Shown: one piece after another, positions 21,176 through 29,426 of the stretch
How positions within the stretch are numbered: the stretch's first letter is position 1
Layout: the number at the start of each line of letters is the position of its first letter
DNA from: Bythopirellula sp.
Lineage (GTDB): Bacteria; Planctomycetota; Planctomycetia; Pirellulales; Lacipirellulaceae
Assembly (NCBI GenBank): GCA_965216565.1
Contig: OZ244170.1
Coordinates: forward strand, 1,792,001 to 1,856,000
DNA: 64,000 nt
Reading direction: 5' to 3'
Program-made: the position numbers and the translations under genes
Notes under the pieces: model-generated
Told to the model about the DNA's origin: nothing
The model's database searches: none
Seen by the model: only the letters and a program-made list of their open reading frames with translations

Positions 21176-22308
21176 GTACATCCCTTCCCAAAACATTCGA
21201 CGTGCTGGTCATCGGCGGAGGCGTAATCGGACTTTCGACTGCCTGGCAGCTTTCCAAAGATGGCGCAACAGTTTGTGTAGTCGACCAGGGAGAAATGGGT
21301 AGAGAAGCATCCTGGGCAGGAGCAGGCATGGTCCCTCCCGGACCAGCGCGGCAACACTGGCACTCGGCAACAGCGTTAGAGCAACTAGCAGGACTCAGCA
21401 GTAAACTTCATTCTGAGTGGAGCGAATTGTTGCATACCGACACAGGTATCGAAAACGAGTATCGCCGGTGCGGTTCAATTCGTCTGGCCCTCTCTGATGA
21501 AGAGAAACTAGCGCTTGCCGATCAAGTTCAACGCTGGACGACCCTCGGGATAGAGTGCACGAAGATTAGCCGCAAGATTCTAAATGACATAGAACCACCG
21601 CTAGTGGCTCTGGATACTCAAGGTGCTCAAGCGGTCCTACTACCAGACGAGGCACAGATCGATAACCGCAAGCATTTGCTAGCGCTAGCCGAGGCATGCC
21701 GTGGTCGGGGCGTTACATTGATGGCCAACAGTGGGATTGAGAGTTTTACTAGCGGGGAGCGCAGAATCTCTGCGGCACAATCTGCGGGGACTGAAATCAG
21801 TGCGGACCAGTACTACATCACTGCGGGAGCTTGGTCGGGCAACTTGGCAGAAGCGCTCGGAATTTCGGTCAATATGAAACCGATTCGAGGGCAGATTGTG
21901 TTACTAGATGGCCCTCCCAACTTATTGAAACGCAATATCTACTCGGGCAACAACTATCTGACCCCCAGACGAGACGGTCGGATCCTAGTAGGTTCCACGA
22001 TGGAGGATGTTGGCTTTCACAAAGAAAATACTCCCCAAGCTCTCGAAGCCCTGCTTAAGTTTGCGCATAGCCTCGCGCCCTCGTTGGATAATCTTTCAAT
22101 CGAAGACTCCTGGTCGGGCCTCCGTCCGGCGACGTCCGACGGCCTACCTTTGATGGGTCGTATTCTGGGTTTAGAAAACGTGTGGATTGCTACAGGTCAT
22201 TTGCGGGCGGGGCTCCAGCTTTCCCCCGCAACGGCCGTCGTGATGAGTTCGCTTATCCGCGGCGAGCAACCGGAAATTGACGTGAGCAGTCTGAGCGTCG
22301 ATCGCTAG
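21172..22308 (+). CDS. thiO: Glycine oxidase ThiO-like FAD oxidoreductase
   Basis: GGGVIG, ASWAGAGM, PIRGQ, WSGLRP and GHLRAGLQLSP motifs. Confidence 0.8.
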   Translation: MSTSLPKTFDVLVIGGGVIGLSTAWQLSKDGATVCVVDQGEMGREASWAGAGMVPPGPARQHWHSATALEQLAGLSSKLHSEWSELLHTDTGIENEYRRCGSIRLALSDEEKLALADQVQRWTTLGIECTKISRKILNDIEPPLVALDTQGAQAVLLPDEAQIDNRKHLLALAEACRGRGVTLMANSGIESFTSGERRISAAQSAGTEISADQYYITAGAWSGNLAEALGISVNMKPIRGQIVLLDGPPNLLKRNIYSGNNYLTPRRDGRILVGSTMEDVGFHKENTPQALEALLKFAHSLAPSLDNLSIEDSWSGLRPATSDGLPLMGRILGLENVWIATGHLRAGLQLSPATAVVMSSLIRGEQPEIDVSSLSVDR

Positions 22309-22328
22309 GTCAACTCCACGCAGAACGC

Positions 22329-22913
22329 TTAGTGTGTCTTGCTCCCTTGATCAGCATGACGCCAGGCGTGTCGCGCAATCGAACCAAAAGTGCTTGCTAA
22401 GAAAGCGAGCCAGGCACCAAGCACACCGCTGGAAAGAGCCCCAACAATCCACCCACCCCAACCAGCGCTCGTCCCAAATACCAATGCCAGACCGACGATG
22501 CCACCAGCCAGACCTAGGAGCGAACCACCAACGACAAACCAAAAGGTCCATTGCGCGATGCGATCGGACCTTGCCAATGGTGTGCTTGGTGGCAAGGACG
22601 ACTTTACTTCGGCCAAAGGACGCGTTGTAATCCGAGGAATTTCATGCTGATGGCCAGGTTGAGTAAGAAGCCATTGGTCCACGTCTTCTGAGGAATCCTT
22701 GAGCCTGGTTCCGATCAAATTACCAAGTACGTGTGCTCCTACTAGCAAGACTCCCCCACAAATTACCAACGGCCAAGGGCCTTGGGTCGCCACCATCGCA
22801 GCACAGAAAATGCTGACTAGCGTTACCACTAAAAACAAATGCCGCAGGTGAAATCGAAGAAGTTGCGGTTCCGGACGGGCAGGGGGCCCGGCTTTGGTTG
22901 ATTCGATGCTCAT
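22329..22913 (-). CDS. Hypothetical four-TM membrane protein
   Basis: RFHLRHLF N-terminus, typical of planctomycete membrane proteins; four hydrophobic stretches. Confidence 0.7.
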   Translation of the reverse strand: MSIESTKAGPPARPEPQLLRFHLRHLFLVVTLVSIFCAAMVATQGPWPLVICGGVLLVGAHVLGNLIGTRLKDSSEDVDQWLLTQPGHQHEIPRITTRPLAEVKSSLPPSTPLARSDRIAQWTFWFVVGGSLLGLAGGIVGLALVFGTSAGWGGWIVGALSSGVLGAWLAFLASTFGSIARHAWRHADQGSKTH

Positions 22914-23220
22914 AGCACTTGCATTATCTTTTGATCATTGGCTGCGGACAAGCGGAACTCTTCTTACTTGTTCAATCGGCCTTCGCCATTCAATAGGCCT
23001 TCACTGTTGAAGTATCAAGAGGACAGGTCGAAATCGTTCAACTCGCTGACACTCCGCCCAGTGAGCACGATATCCCCATAAATATCGTCGCTGCAGGTCT
23101 AATCCTCACAATACGAACCGCCTATCGCCCGTTCTTTTTGCCAGTCACCCACTCCTGTTTACGAAGTGGAACTTATCCTTGAGAAACATTCATTCCGGCA
23201 AAATTACTCAGGACACCTCC

Positions 23221-24384
23221 ATGAGCACGGCGCAGCTACCCGAAGATAGCCACCACGACGTTGACCTAGACGAACTCGCCAGCGGCAATTCGCATTCCGG
23301 TACTGCGATGCTCGAAGCAGGCGTGGATTTGCACGAGTCCGATGCCGGTCCGCGCTGCGAGAAGTGTGACGCTATCATCAAGACGAACGATACGCTCGCC
23401 TGCCGATCTTGTGGTTGGTACGCCAGCATTGGTAGTTACGTTGAGATCGACCAAAGCTGGGAAGCCCAGTGCGATCCCGATTCAGAAACGAATACGGAGG
23501 AAGAAGAGCCGTTCTCAATTCCGCAATGGGTAACTATTCTTTCCGTAGTAGTGGTCGCTGTGATTGGATTGAATATTGCCGTTCACGTCACCATGCCGTC
23601 AGTCAGTGCAGCCCGAACCAATTGGTCGCTCACCCAACTTAGCTTTGGCGGTTTCATCTTTACTGTGTGCCATTTCGTTTGCTTCTCGAAGCTTTTGTCC
23701 GCGAAGGCTGACACAGGCATGATGGATATGGTTCTCTCACCTTTCAAATGTTGGCGGGAGATGTTCGATCATCTCCCTTCAGGACAGTGGATGGCCCAGG
23801 GTGCCGCAGGTGGGCTTACAGCTGCGGCGATGTCGATACTGTTGACTGGCGGGATTCCTTACGAACGACTTTGGGATTGGGGCTTTGAAAAGCCACCCGA
23901 GCAAAACCTGATGGCCGCCGTGATGTCGCAAGCCCAGCGCATCGAAGGTGATGAGAAGGGGCTGGAAGAAGCAGTCGAAGACTTTGCCGGCTCGCAAAGT
24001 TTGGACGATTTAGAGAACGAGGGAATGGAGGAAACTCCCGCTGTCGATCCCCGGCAAACGATCGAGGGAGTTATCCTTGGATATCGCACCAACGAAGAAG
24101 GCCTTGCCACCACTCTCCTAGTGGGTGTGGAACACAAAGGCGCACTAGTCTATGCAGGTCGAGTCTTTCCGGAGATTCCCGACGAGGAGTTGGTCGAACT
24201 GACTACACAACTTGGCGCTTGGAAATCGAGTGTGCCGTTTGTCACCACCGACGAATCAGGTGTCGTCTGGGTGTTGCCCAAGCAAGTTTGTATAGTCAGC
24301 TACCAACGTCAAGGTTCCGGTGGCTGGCTCTACGAAGCAAAATTCGAAAAGCTCACCGGCGTAATGGATCTTTCAGGGAAATAG
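23221..24384 (+). CDS. Membrane protein with Zn-ribbon and C-terminal ATP-dependent DNA ligase OB-like domain
   Basis: CEKC...CRSC; 3-4 TMs; C-terminal VILGY...LLVG...LVYAGRV...WVLP resembles the ligase OB domain. Confidence 0.65.
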   Translation: MSTAQLPEDSHHDVDLDELASGNSHSGTAMLEAGVDLHESDAGPRCEKCDAIIKTNDTLACRSCGWYASIGSYVEIDQSWEAQCDPDSETNTEEEEPFSIPQWVTILSVVVVAVIGLNIAVHVTMPSVSAARTNWSLTQLSFGGFIFTVCHFVCFSKLLSAKADTGMMDMVLSPFKCWREMFDHLPSGQWMAQGAAGGLTAAAMSILLTGGIPYERLWDWGFEKPPEQNLMAAVMSQAQRIEGDEKGLEEAVEDFAGSQSLDDLENEGMEETPAVDPRQTIEGVILGYRTNEEGLATTLLVGVEHKGALVYAGRVFPEIPDEELVELTTQLGAWKSSVPFVTTDESGVVWVLPKQVCIVSYQRQGSGGWLYEAKFEKLTGVMDLSGK

Positions 24385-24398
24385 CCACTTCGCTTCTC

Positions 24399-24533
24399 TA
24401 GAATCTGTTTCAATAACCGAAAACAGTTCTATGTGAGCCGACGGCGCTAGCCGCGGGTAGCGGAATTCTGGATGTCCTTCTGATTCTACCCGACGCTAGC
24501 GCGTTCGGCTCATTGGTTTTGAAACAGCCTCTA
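24399..24533. mobile_element. MITE-like element: TA-flanked terminal inverted repeats enclosing a REP-like palindrome
   Basis: TA-GAATCTGTTTCAATAACC ... GGTTTTGAAACAGCCTC-TA; internal TGAGCCGACGGCGCTAGC/GCTAGCGCGTTCGGCTCA. Confidence 0.6.
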
Positions 24534-26465
24534 CAGTATTTTCTCAACCCGCACGGGTCGATCGGCAATCAAATTGCCGCGATCCGCAGCAGGCTGAGAG
24601 AGAATAACGTAATCTCCTTGGTCGTGCGCTTTGCCACAGGCGATTGACAAAGAACGAAAACCTCCAAGCCACCAGCGATGGTCACTCACATGGAGTAAAT
24701 CGCCCGGCTCAATGGCTAGCGACTCCATGACTACCCCTGGCAAGCGAATTTCCTCCTGCTCAGCCGCATGTATTCGCGTCTGCAAAACTTGGGAGTGCCC
24801 GATATTTTGATAGTTGGGTTCCCCGCCTTTGAACTGGCGAATCGCTTCCTGCAGCGAGCACAGTTCTAAGCCTGGAGTTGAAATGTTTTTGCTTGTCTTA
24901 TCAAACATCGAGATAGCGATTGCCGGGATGAGTGATGCCACCAGACCGAACAGGGCTCGAATGTAGCCATAGCCTTCGTCCGCTGGAATCCCATGTGCGA
25001 AGGGAGTTATTAGCTGAGGGAACGCAATAGAAATCAACAGTGCGACGAATCCAATCAGAACCGACCAGAATGCCGCTCGACTTGTCATCCCCCTCCATAC
25101 GACTCCTAAGACAATCACAACAACCAGCGGTGGCGCCACGGTGCTGGTAAATGCAGAGAGCGCTTGGTAGATCGACGTGAACCTGGTGAACAAAGGCAAC
25201 AGTGCCACTCCCAGCGCGGCCGACCCGATGGCGGTGAATTTGGCAACTTTCAGATAATGCTTGTCGGGTTGATTTGGCCTCAACGTCCGCCACACATCAT
25301 TCACGGCAACCGCGGACACCGCTGTAATTAGCGTGTCGAGTGTGCTCATGAGCGCTGAGACAACCGCGGCAATCACGAGACCGAAAAAGCCTGGGGGACA
25401 AACTCGGTTGCTTACTTCGACAAATATGTTTTTCGATAATTGATCCTCGGCCGAAAGCCGTACATCGCCATGCTTGTCGACGAGATCGGTGTACCCCAGT
25501 TCCTCCGCATCCATTTCACCTTTTTCAACGAGGGCACGACCAATCCAACCAGCATTGCTGACTGAAATCGCAGCCAAGGGCATCATCACAATCACCACCG
25601 CCAGCATTGCCTTGCGACCGTCACGGACGGACCGCGCGGAAAGAAACCGCATCAAGATGCCTTGATTGATGAAATAGAATGCAAATGTCCCCACGATCGC
25701 ATCATTCCAATAGTCACCTACAAAGTTCAACTGCGCCGAATCGTTAAAGGGCGCAAACGGTAGAGTATTTTCCTGGGGCAGATTACTCCAGAGTTCCGAA
25801 AAGCCACCCAGCTCCCACAAGCCAAGTGCAAGAATTCCAAATCCGACGCCTAACAAAAGCAATCCTTGCATCAGGTCGGTCATTAAGACGGATGTCTGTC
25901 CGCCCGAATGAAGATAGAGCCCAGAGAGAATTGCCATCGTCGCCGCGGTGACAACAATATTCCAGCCGAACAGACCATTGAAGAATGTTCCGATCGTGTA
26001 GAGATTGATCGCCACGTAGCCTTCCAAGTACAGCAGCATCAATGCCATGACCAGCAGTCGTGTGCGACGATCGAAACGAAGCTCAAAGTACTCTGGGATC
26101 GATTGAATTCGGTTGTAGTAAACGATTGGCAACCAACCGAGCAGAAACAGCGGGAGCACGAACCAATCGTTGGTATAGGGCAACATTCCACAGAAGCCAA
26201 AGCGGTAGCCAGTCTGCGCGTACTGTATAAAGCTGTACGATCCCACCAAAGTCGCTACACAGCTGATGGCCACTAGCCACCAACTAAAACGCCTGCCTGC
26301 AAAGAAGAAGTCGTCCGTGTTCTTCGTAAATTTCCCAAACCACATCCCCACCAGAACGATGGCAGCCAAATAGGCGACTAGTACCAGCCAATCGGGCCAA
26401 CCCATATTCGCCGCTGCAATCAGTTTCGACGCATGGCCACTCACCCACTCTAACTCCCGGAACAT
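24531..26465 (-). CDS. Sodium:solute symporter (SSS) with soluble C-terminal extension
   Basis: DFFFAGRRFSWW, SIPEYFELRF, SVLMTDLMQ, NQGILMRFL and SALMST motifs. Confidence 0.9.
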   Translation of the reverse strand: MFRELEWVSGHASKLIAAANMGWPDWLVLVAYLAAIVLVGMWFGKFTKNTDDFFFAGRRFSWWLVAISCVATLVGSYSFIQYAQTGYRFGFCGMLPYTNDWFVLPLFLLGWLPIVYYNRIQSIPEYFELRFDRRTRLLVMALMLLYLEGYVAINLYTIGTFFNGLFGWNIVVTAATMAILSGLYLHSGGQTSVLMTDLMQGLLLLGVGFGILALGLWELGGFSELWSNLPQENTLPFAPFNDSAQLNFVGDYWNDAIVGTFAFYFINQGILMRFLSARSVRDGRKAMLAVVIVMMPLAAISVSNAGWIGRALVEKGEMDAEELGYTDLVDKHGDVRLSAEDQLSKNIFVEVSNRVCPPGFFGLVIAAVVSALMSTLDTLITAVSAVAVNDVWRTLRPNQPDKHYLKVAKFTAIGSAALGVALLPLFTRFTSIYQALSAFTSTVAPPLVVVIVLGVVWRGMTSRAAFWSVLIGFVALLISIAFPQLITPFAHGIPADEGYGYIRALFGLVASLIPAIAISMFDKTSKNISTPGLELCSLQEAIRQFKGGEPNYQNIGHSQVLQTRIHAAEQEEIRLPGVVMESLAIEPGDLLHVSDHRWWLGGFRSLSIACGKAHDQGDYVILSQPAADRGNLIADRPVRVEKIL

Positions 26466-26493
26466 ACATGGGTCCTTTTCCTGGAAAGACGGG

Positions 26494-26694
26494 TCACTGA
26501 CTAGCCCAGTGAATCCAGACAGCGTGGACGATGGAAACTGATACTGTGCTCAACATGAGTACGATTAACAATCGCCGATCAGTCCATAAAGACCATTGCG
26601 CGGCTCCCGACTTTAAAACTGCAAATATACTAGCGACAACAAGGGAGAATCCTACCGCGTAGAAATACAACCAGCATAACCAAGGGTCAGTCAT
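26494..26694 (-). CDS. Small two-TM membrane protein upstream of SSS
   Basis: 66 aa with two hydrophobic helices; co-oriented, 28 bp upstream of the symporter. Confidence 0.65.
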   Translation of the reverse strand: MTDPWLCWLYFYAVGFSLVVASIFAVLKSGAAQWSLWTDRRLLIVLMLSTVSVSIVHAVWIHWASQ

Positions 26695-26874
26695 AGAGTT
26701 GACCGTAGATAAGATAAGCTAATGTAAAAGGTGTAGCTTGCTGCACTCCTGGCACCAAGCTTTCCTTAGCATCATAGCAATGAGAACATACTCAGGATAG
26801 ACTTAGTCAACAGCAGGACCTAAATGCCCTAACGGGTTTTTACCAAGCCAATTTAACAGTTTCGTCGGACTTCC

Positions 26875-28059
26875 ATGAATCGATATGTGCAGCAGATTCC
26901 GCCGCGCTGGTGGGAACCGAAACTCAGCCCCTTCTTTATTCGTTGCTGGAAACCGCTTCGTCGGCGGAAACAGTTCCGCGAACAGCAGCTTATGGACGTC
27001 GAAGTACGGAATCTCGATCATTTGCAGACCGCCACTGAAGCGGGGCAGGGGGTTCTCATTGCTCCCAACCATTCCGGCCATGCCGATGCCTACATCATGT
27101 ACGAAGCCGCCGACCAACTTGGCGCACCTTTCTATTTCATGACAGCCTGGCAAGTGTTCCAGCAGGTGAACGCCTTTGGCAAACTCATGCTGCAACATCA
27201 TGGCTGCTTTAGCATCGATCGCGAGGGAACCGACCTCAAGGCCTTCCGTCAGGCAGTCGACGTTCTTCAAGAAGGCCAGTACCCGCTAGTGATCTTTCCC
27301 GAGGGCGAAGTCTACCACACCAACGATCGCATCACACCGTTCCGCGAAGGCGCGGCCGCCGCCGCGATCTCTGGAGCTCGCAAGTCGAAACAACCCGTGC
27401 TTTGCGTTCCCTGCGGCATTAAATACCAATACCTCAATGATCCGACTGAAAACCTACTTCAGTTGATGGGTAAATTGGAACGAGAGATTTTCTGGCGGCC
27501 TCGCACAGAGCTACCCCTCCCCGAACGCATTTACCGCTTTGCCGAAGGTGCGATGGCGTTGAAAGAAGTCGAGTACCTGGGCCGAACGTCCTCCGGCCCA
27601 CTCTCAGAGAGAACCACTGCGCTAGCCGATCACATATTGCTAGGCCTCGAACAGCGATACGAATGCTCAGCAGACGAAAAGACGATCCCCGAACGCGTGA
27701 AAGATCTCCGCCGCCATGCCGTCGTCCAGCTCAGCGAACTCCCGGAAGGGGACGCCGCACGACAATCGTTTGAAAACGACCTCGATGATTTGTTTCTGGT
27801 CGTCCAGCTCTTCAGCTATCCCGGCGATTACGTGGAAGAGAATCCCACCGTCGAACGCATGGCCGAAACGCTCGACAAATTCGAAGAAGACGTCCTCGGT
27901 TCCTATTCAGCAACCATCCGCGGCCCAAGAAAAGCCGTCGTCAGTTTCGGCGAACCTATAGAGGTGGCACCGGAGAGAAAATCCAAGTCAGCCATCCCCG
28001 ACCTCACCCAAACCCTGGAACAGGCAGTTCAGTCAGAGTTAGATGGTTTGACAATGTAA
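26875..28059 (+). CDS. PlsC-like glycerol-3-phosphate/lysophospholipid acyltransferase
   Basis: NHSGHAD (HX4D), FSIDR and IFPEGE motifs. Confidence 0.88.
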   Translation: MNRYVQQIPPRWWEPKLSPFFIRCWKPLRRRKQFREQQLMDVEVRNLDHLQTATEAGQGVLIAPNHSGHADAYIMYEAADQLGAPFYFMTAWQVFQQVNAFGKLMLQHHGCFSIDREGTDLKAFRQAVDVLQEGQYPLVIFPEGEVYHTNDRITPFREGAAAAAISGARKSKQPVLCVPCGIKYQYLNDPTENLLQLMGKLEREIFWRPRTELPLPERIYRFAEGAMALKEVEYLGRTSSGPLSERTTALADHILLGLEQRYECSADEKTIPERVKDLRRHAVVQLSELPEGDAARQSFENDLDDLFLVVQLFSYPGDYVEENPTVERMAETLDKFEEDVLGSYSATIRGPRKAVVSFGEPIEVAPERKSKSAIPDLTQTLEQAVQSELDGLTM

Positions 28060-28174
28060 CGAGTTCGAAACGGGGCGTTGCCAACGATCTGCAAAAAAGC
28101 GGACTGGCCCGACACGGCGATTGTTGGTTCTCCGTGTGCACGTAGCGTCGTCGTGCCTATTACCCTTTATTGAG

Positions 28175-28248
<74 letters not shown>

Positions 28249-28304
28249 GTGTCTCTAATAGTGTACCGGGAGCAGCGGACAGGGGGCAGGGGAGGGCTGG
28301 GGTA

Positions 28305-28435
28305 GAAGTTTGAAGTTTGAGTGTTGAAGGATCCGTATTCTCATTTATCAACAAGGCAATCATGGGTTGAGAAAGATCCAGAGGGGACGCAGCACCCCCA
28401 GAAGTTCAAACTTCAACACTCAAACCTCCCACTTC
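28305..28435. repeat. Heptamer-based inverted repeat pair
   Basis: GTTTGAGTGTTGAAG (28315-28329) is perfectly inverted as CTTCAACACTCAAAC (28411-28425); built of GAAGTTT-like heptamers. Confidence 0.55.
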
Positions 28436-28436
28436 C

Positions 28437-29186
28437 CTAGGGGCTGCGGAACACGCTGAGGGAGAGGAGGTGGTTGCTACGATCGGGGCCCGAGGGAATT
28501 TCGATCACTTGGCTGAGATACCCGATCTCGGTGCGCCACCGGCTATCGGGATCAGTCTTGTAGCTCAGGCCGACGAAAGCGCGATTCTGATCGAAACCGC
28601 TCTCCGCACCCCAGTCGGTATCATTGAGATGGTAAAACACTTCGTTCCACCCCACGAGCGCTAGATGAGGATGGTCGGGTAGATTGTGCTGCAGACGGAA
28701 GAGTTGTCGAAACCGTAAGCCCGTGTCGCTTCCCGTATCGAGCAGGCGTTGTTCGAATCGGGTTCGCGCACCAAAATTTACCACTTCGCCCGGTTTCGAC
28801 CACGTCCACTGCTGCCAGGGGCGGTGCTCGTCGAAGTCGGGTCCCCCAAAGGGCGAAGTTCGCACCCACACATAGCCGGCCCACAGAGTGGATCGCTCAC
28901 TAATTGCCCAACCTAATCCCGGACGCACGAGGCTTTGGTTGAAACCGTCGGCATCTTCCAAAAACCGCAACTGCCCGTCGAACCACCATCTCAGCTTATC
29001 GGATTGCCAGCCAATTTTTTCAAAATTGCCTTGCGCGACGAACACATTCCACATACCAGCATCGTGCACTGTCTGGGCGTCTAAGCGATTGACCGCAATC
29101 GAACCCAAGCAGACAAGAATCAGGCAAATCTGTACATACAGTCGTGGCATGGGATTGCGAGTTGTATGGGAACAAGGGTTAGTCAC
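28437..29186 (-). CDS. DUF2490 family outer-membrane beta-barrel protein (start may be 29150)
   Basis: Signal peptide; RPGLG, EHRPWQQ, RTRFEQR, NEVF and FDQNRAFVG motifs. Confidence 0.85.
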   Translation of the reverse strand: MTNPCSHTTRNPMPRLYVQICLILVCLGSIAVNRLDAQTVHDAGMWNVFVAQGNFEKIGWQSDKLRWWFDGQLRFLEDADGFNQSLVRPGLGWAISERSTLWAGYVWVRTSPFGGPDFDEHRPWQQWTWSKPGEVVNFGARTRFEQRLLDTGSDTGLRFRQLFRLQHNLPDHPHLALVGWNEVFYHLNDTDWGAESGFDQNRAFVGLSYKTDPDSRWRTEIGYLSQVIEIPSGPDRSNHLLSLSVFRSP

Positions 29187-29426
29187 ATTACGTAGCCATC
29201 GGTGACCGGCCGAGAAGGCTTTAATGATTCCGAACCGGCCGTTAGAGTCACACAGCCTGTGGGCTTAAATGCAGGCGAATTGTGTCATTTGGCGTGGGCG
29301 GCCCACTGGCCGTATTCGACTTGCCCGACAACGGAGTTTCAGAGTTACCCCGCTCTGGTTAAAATGTCTTTCGGTGGATCAGACGAATCGCGGCCGCCCC
29401 CATTGCCTCATAGATTTACCCTAAGC

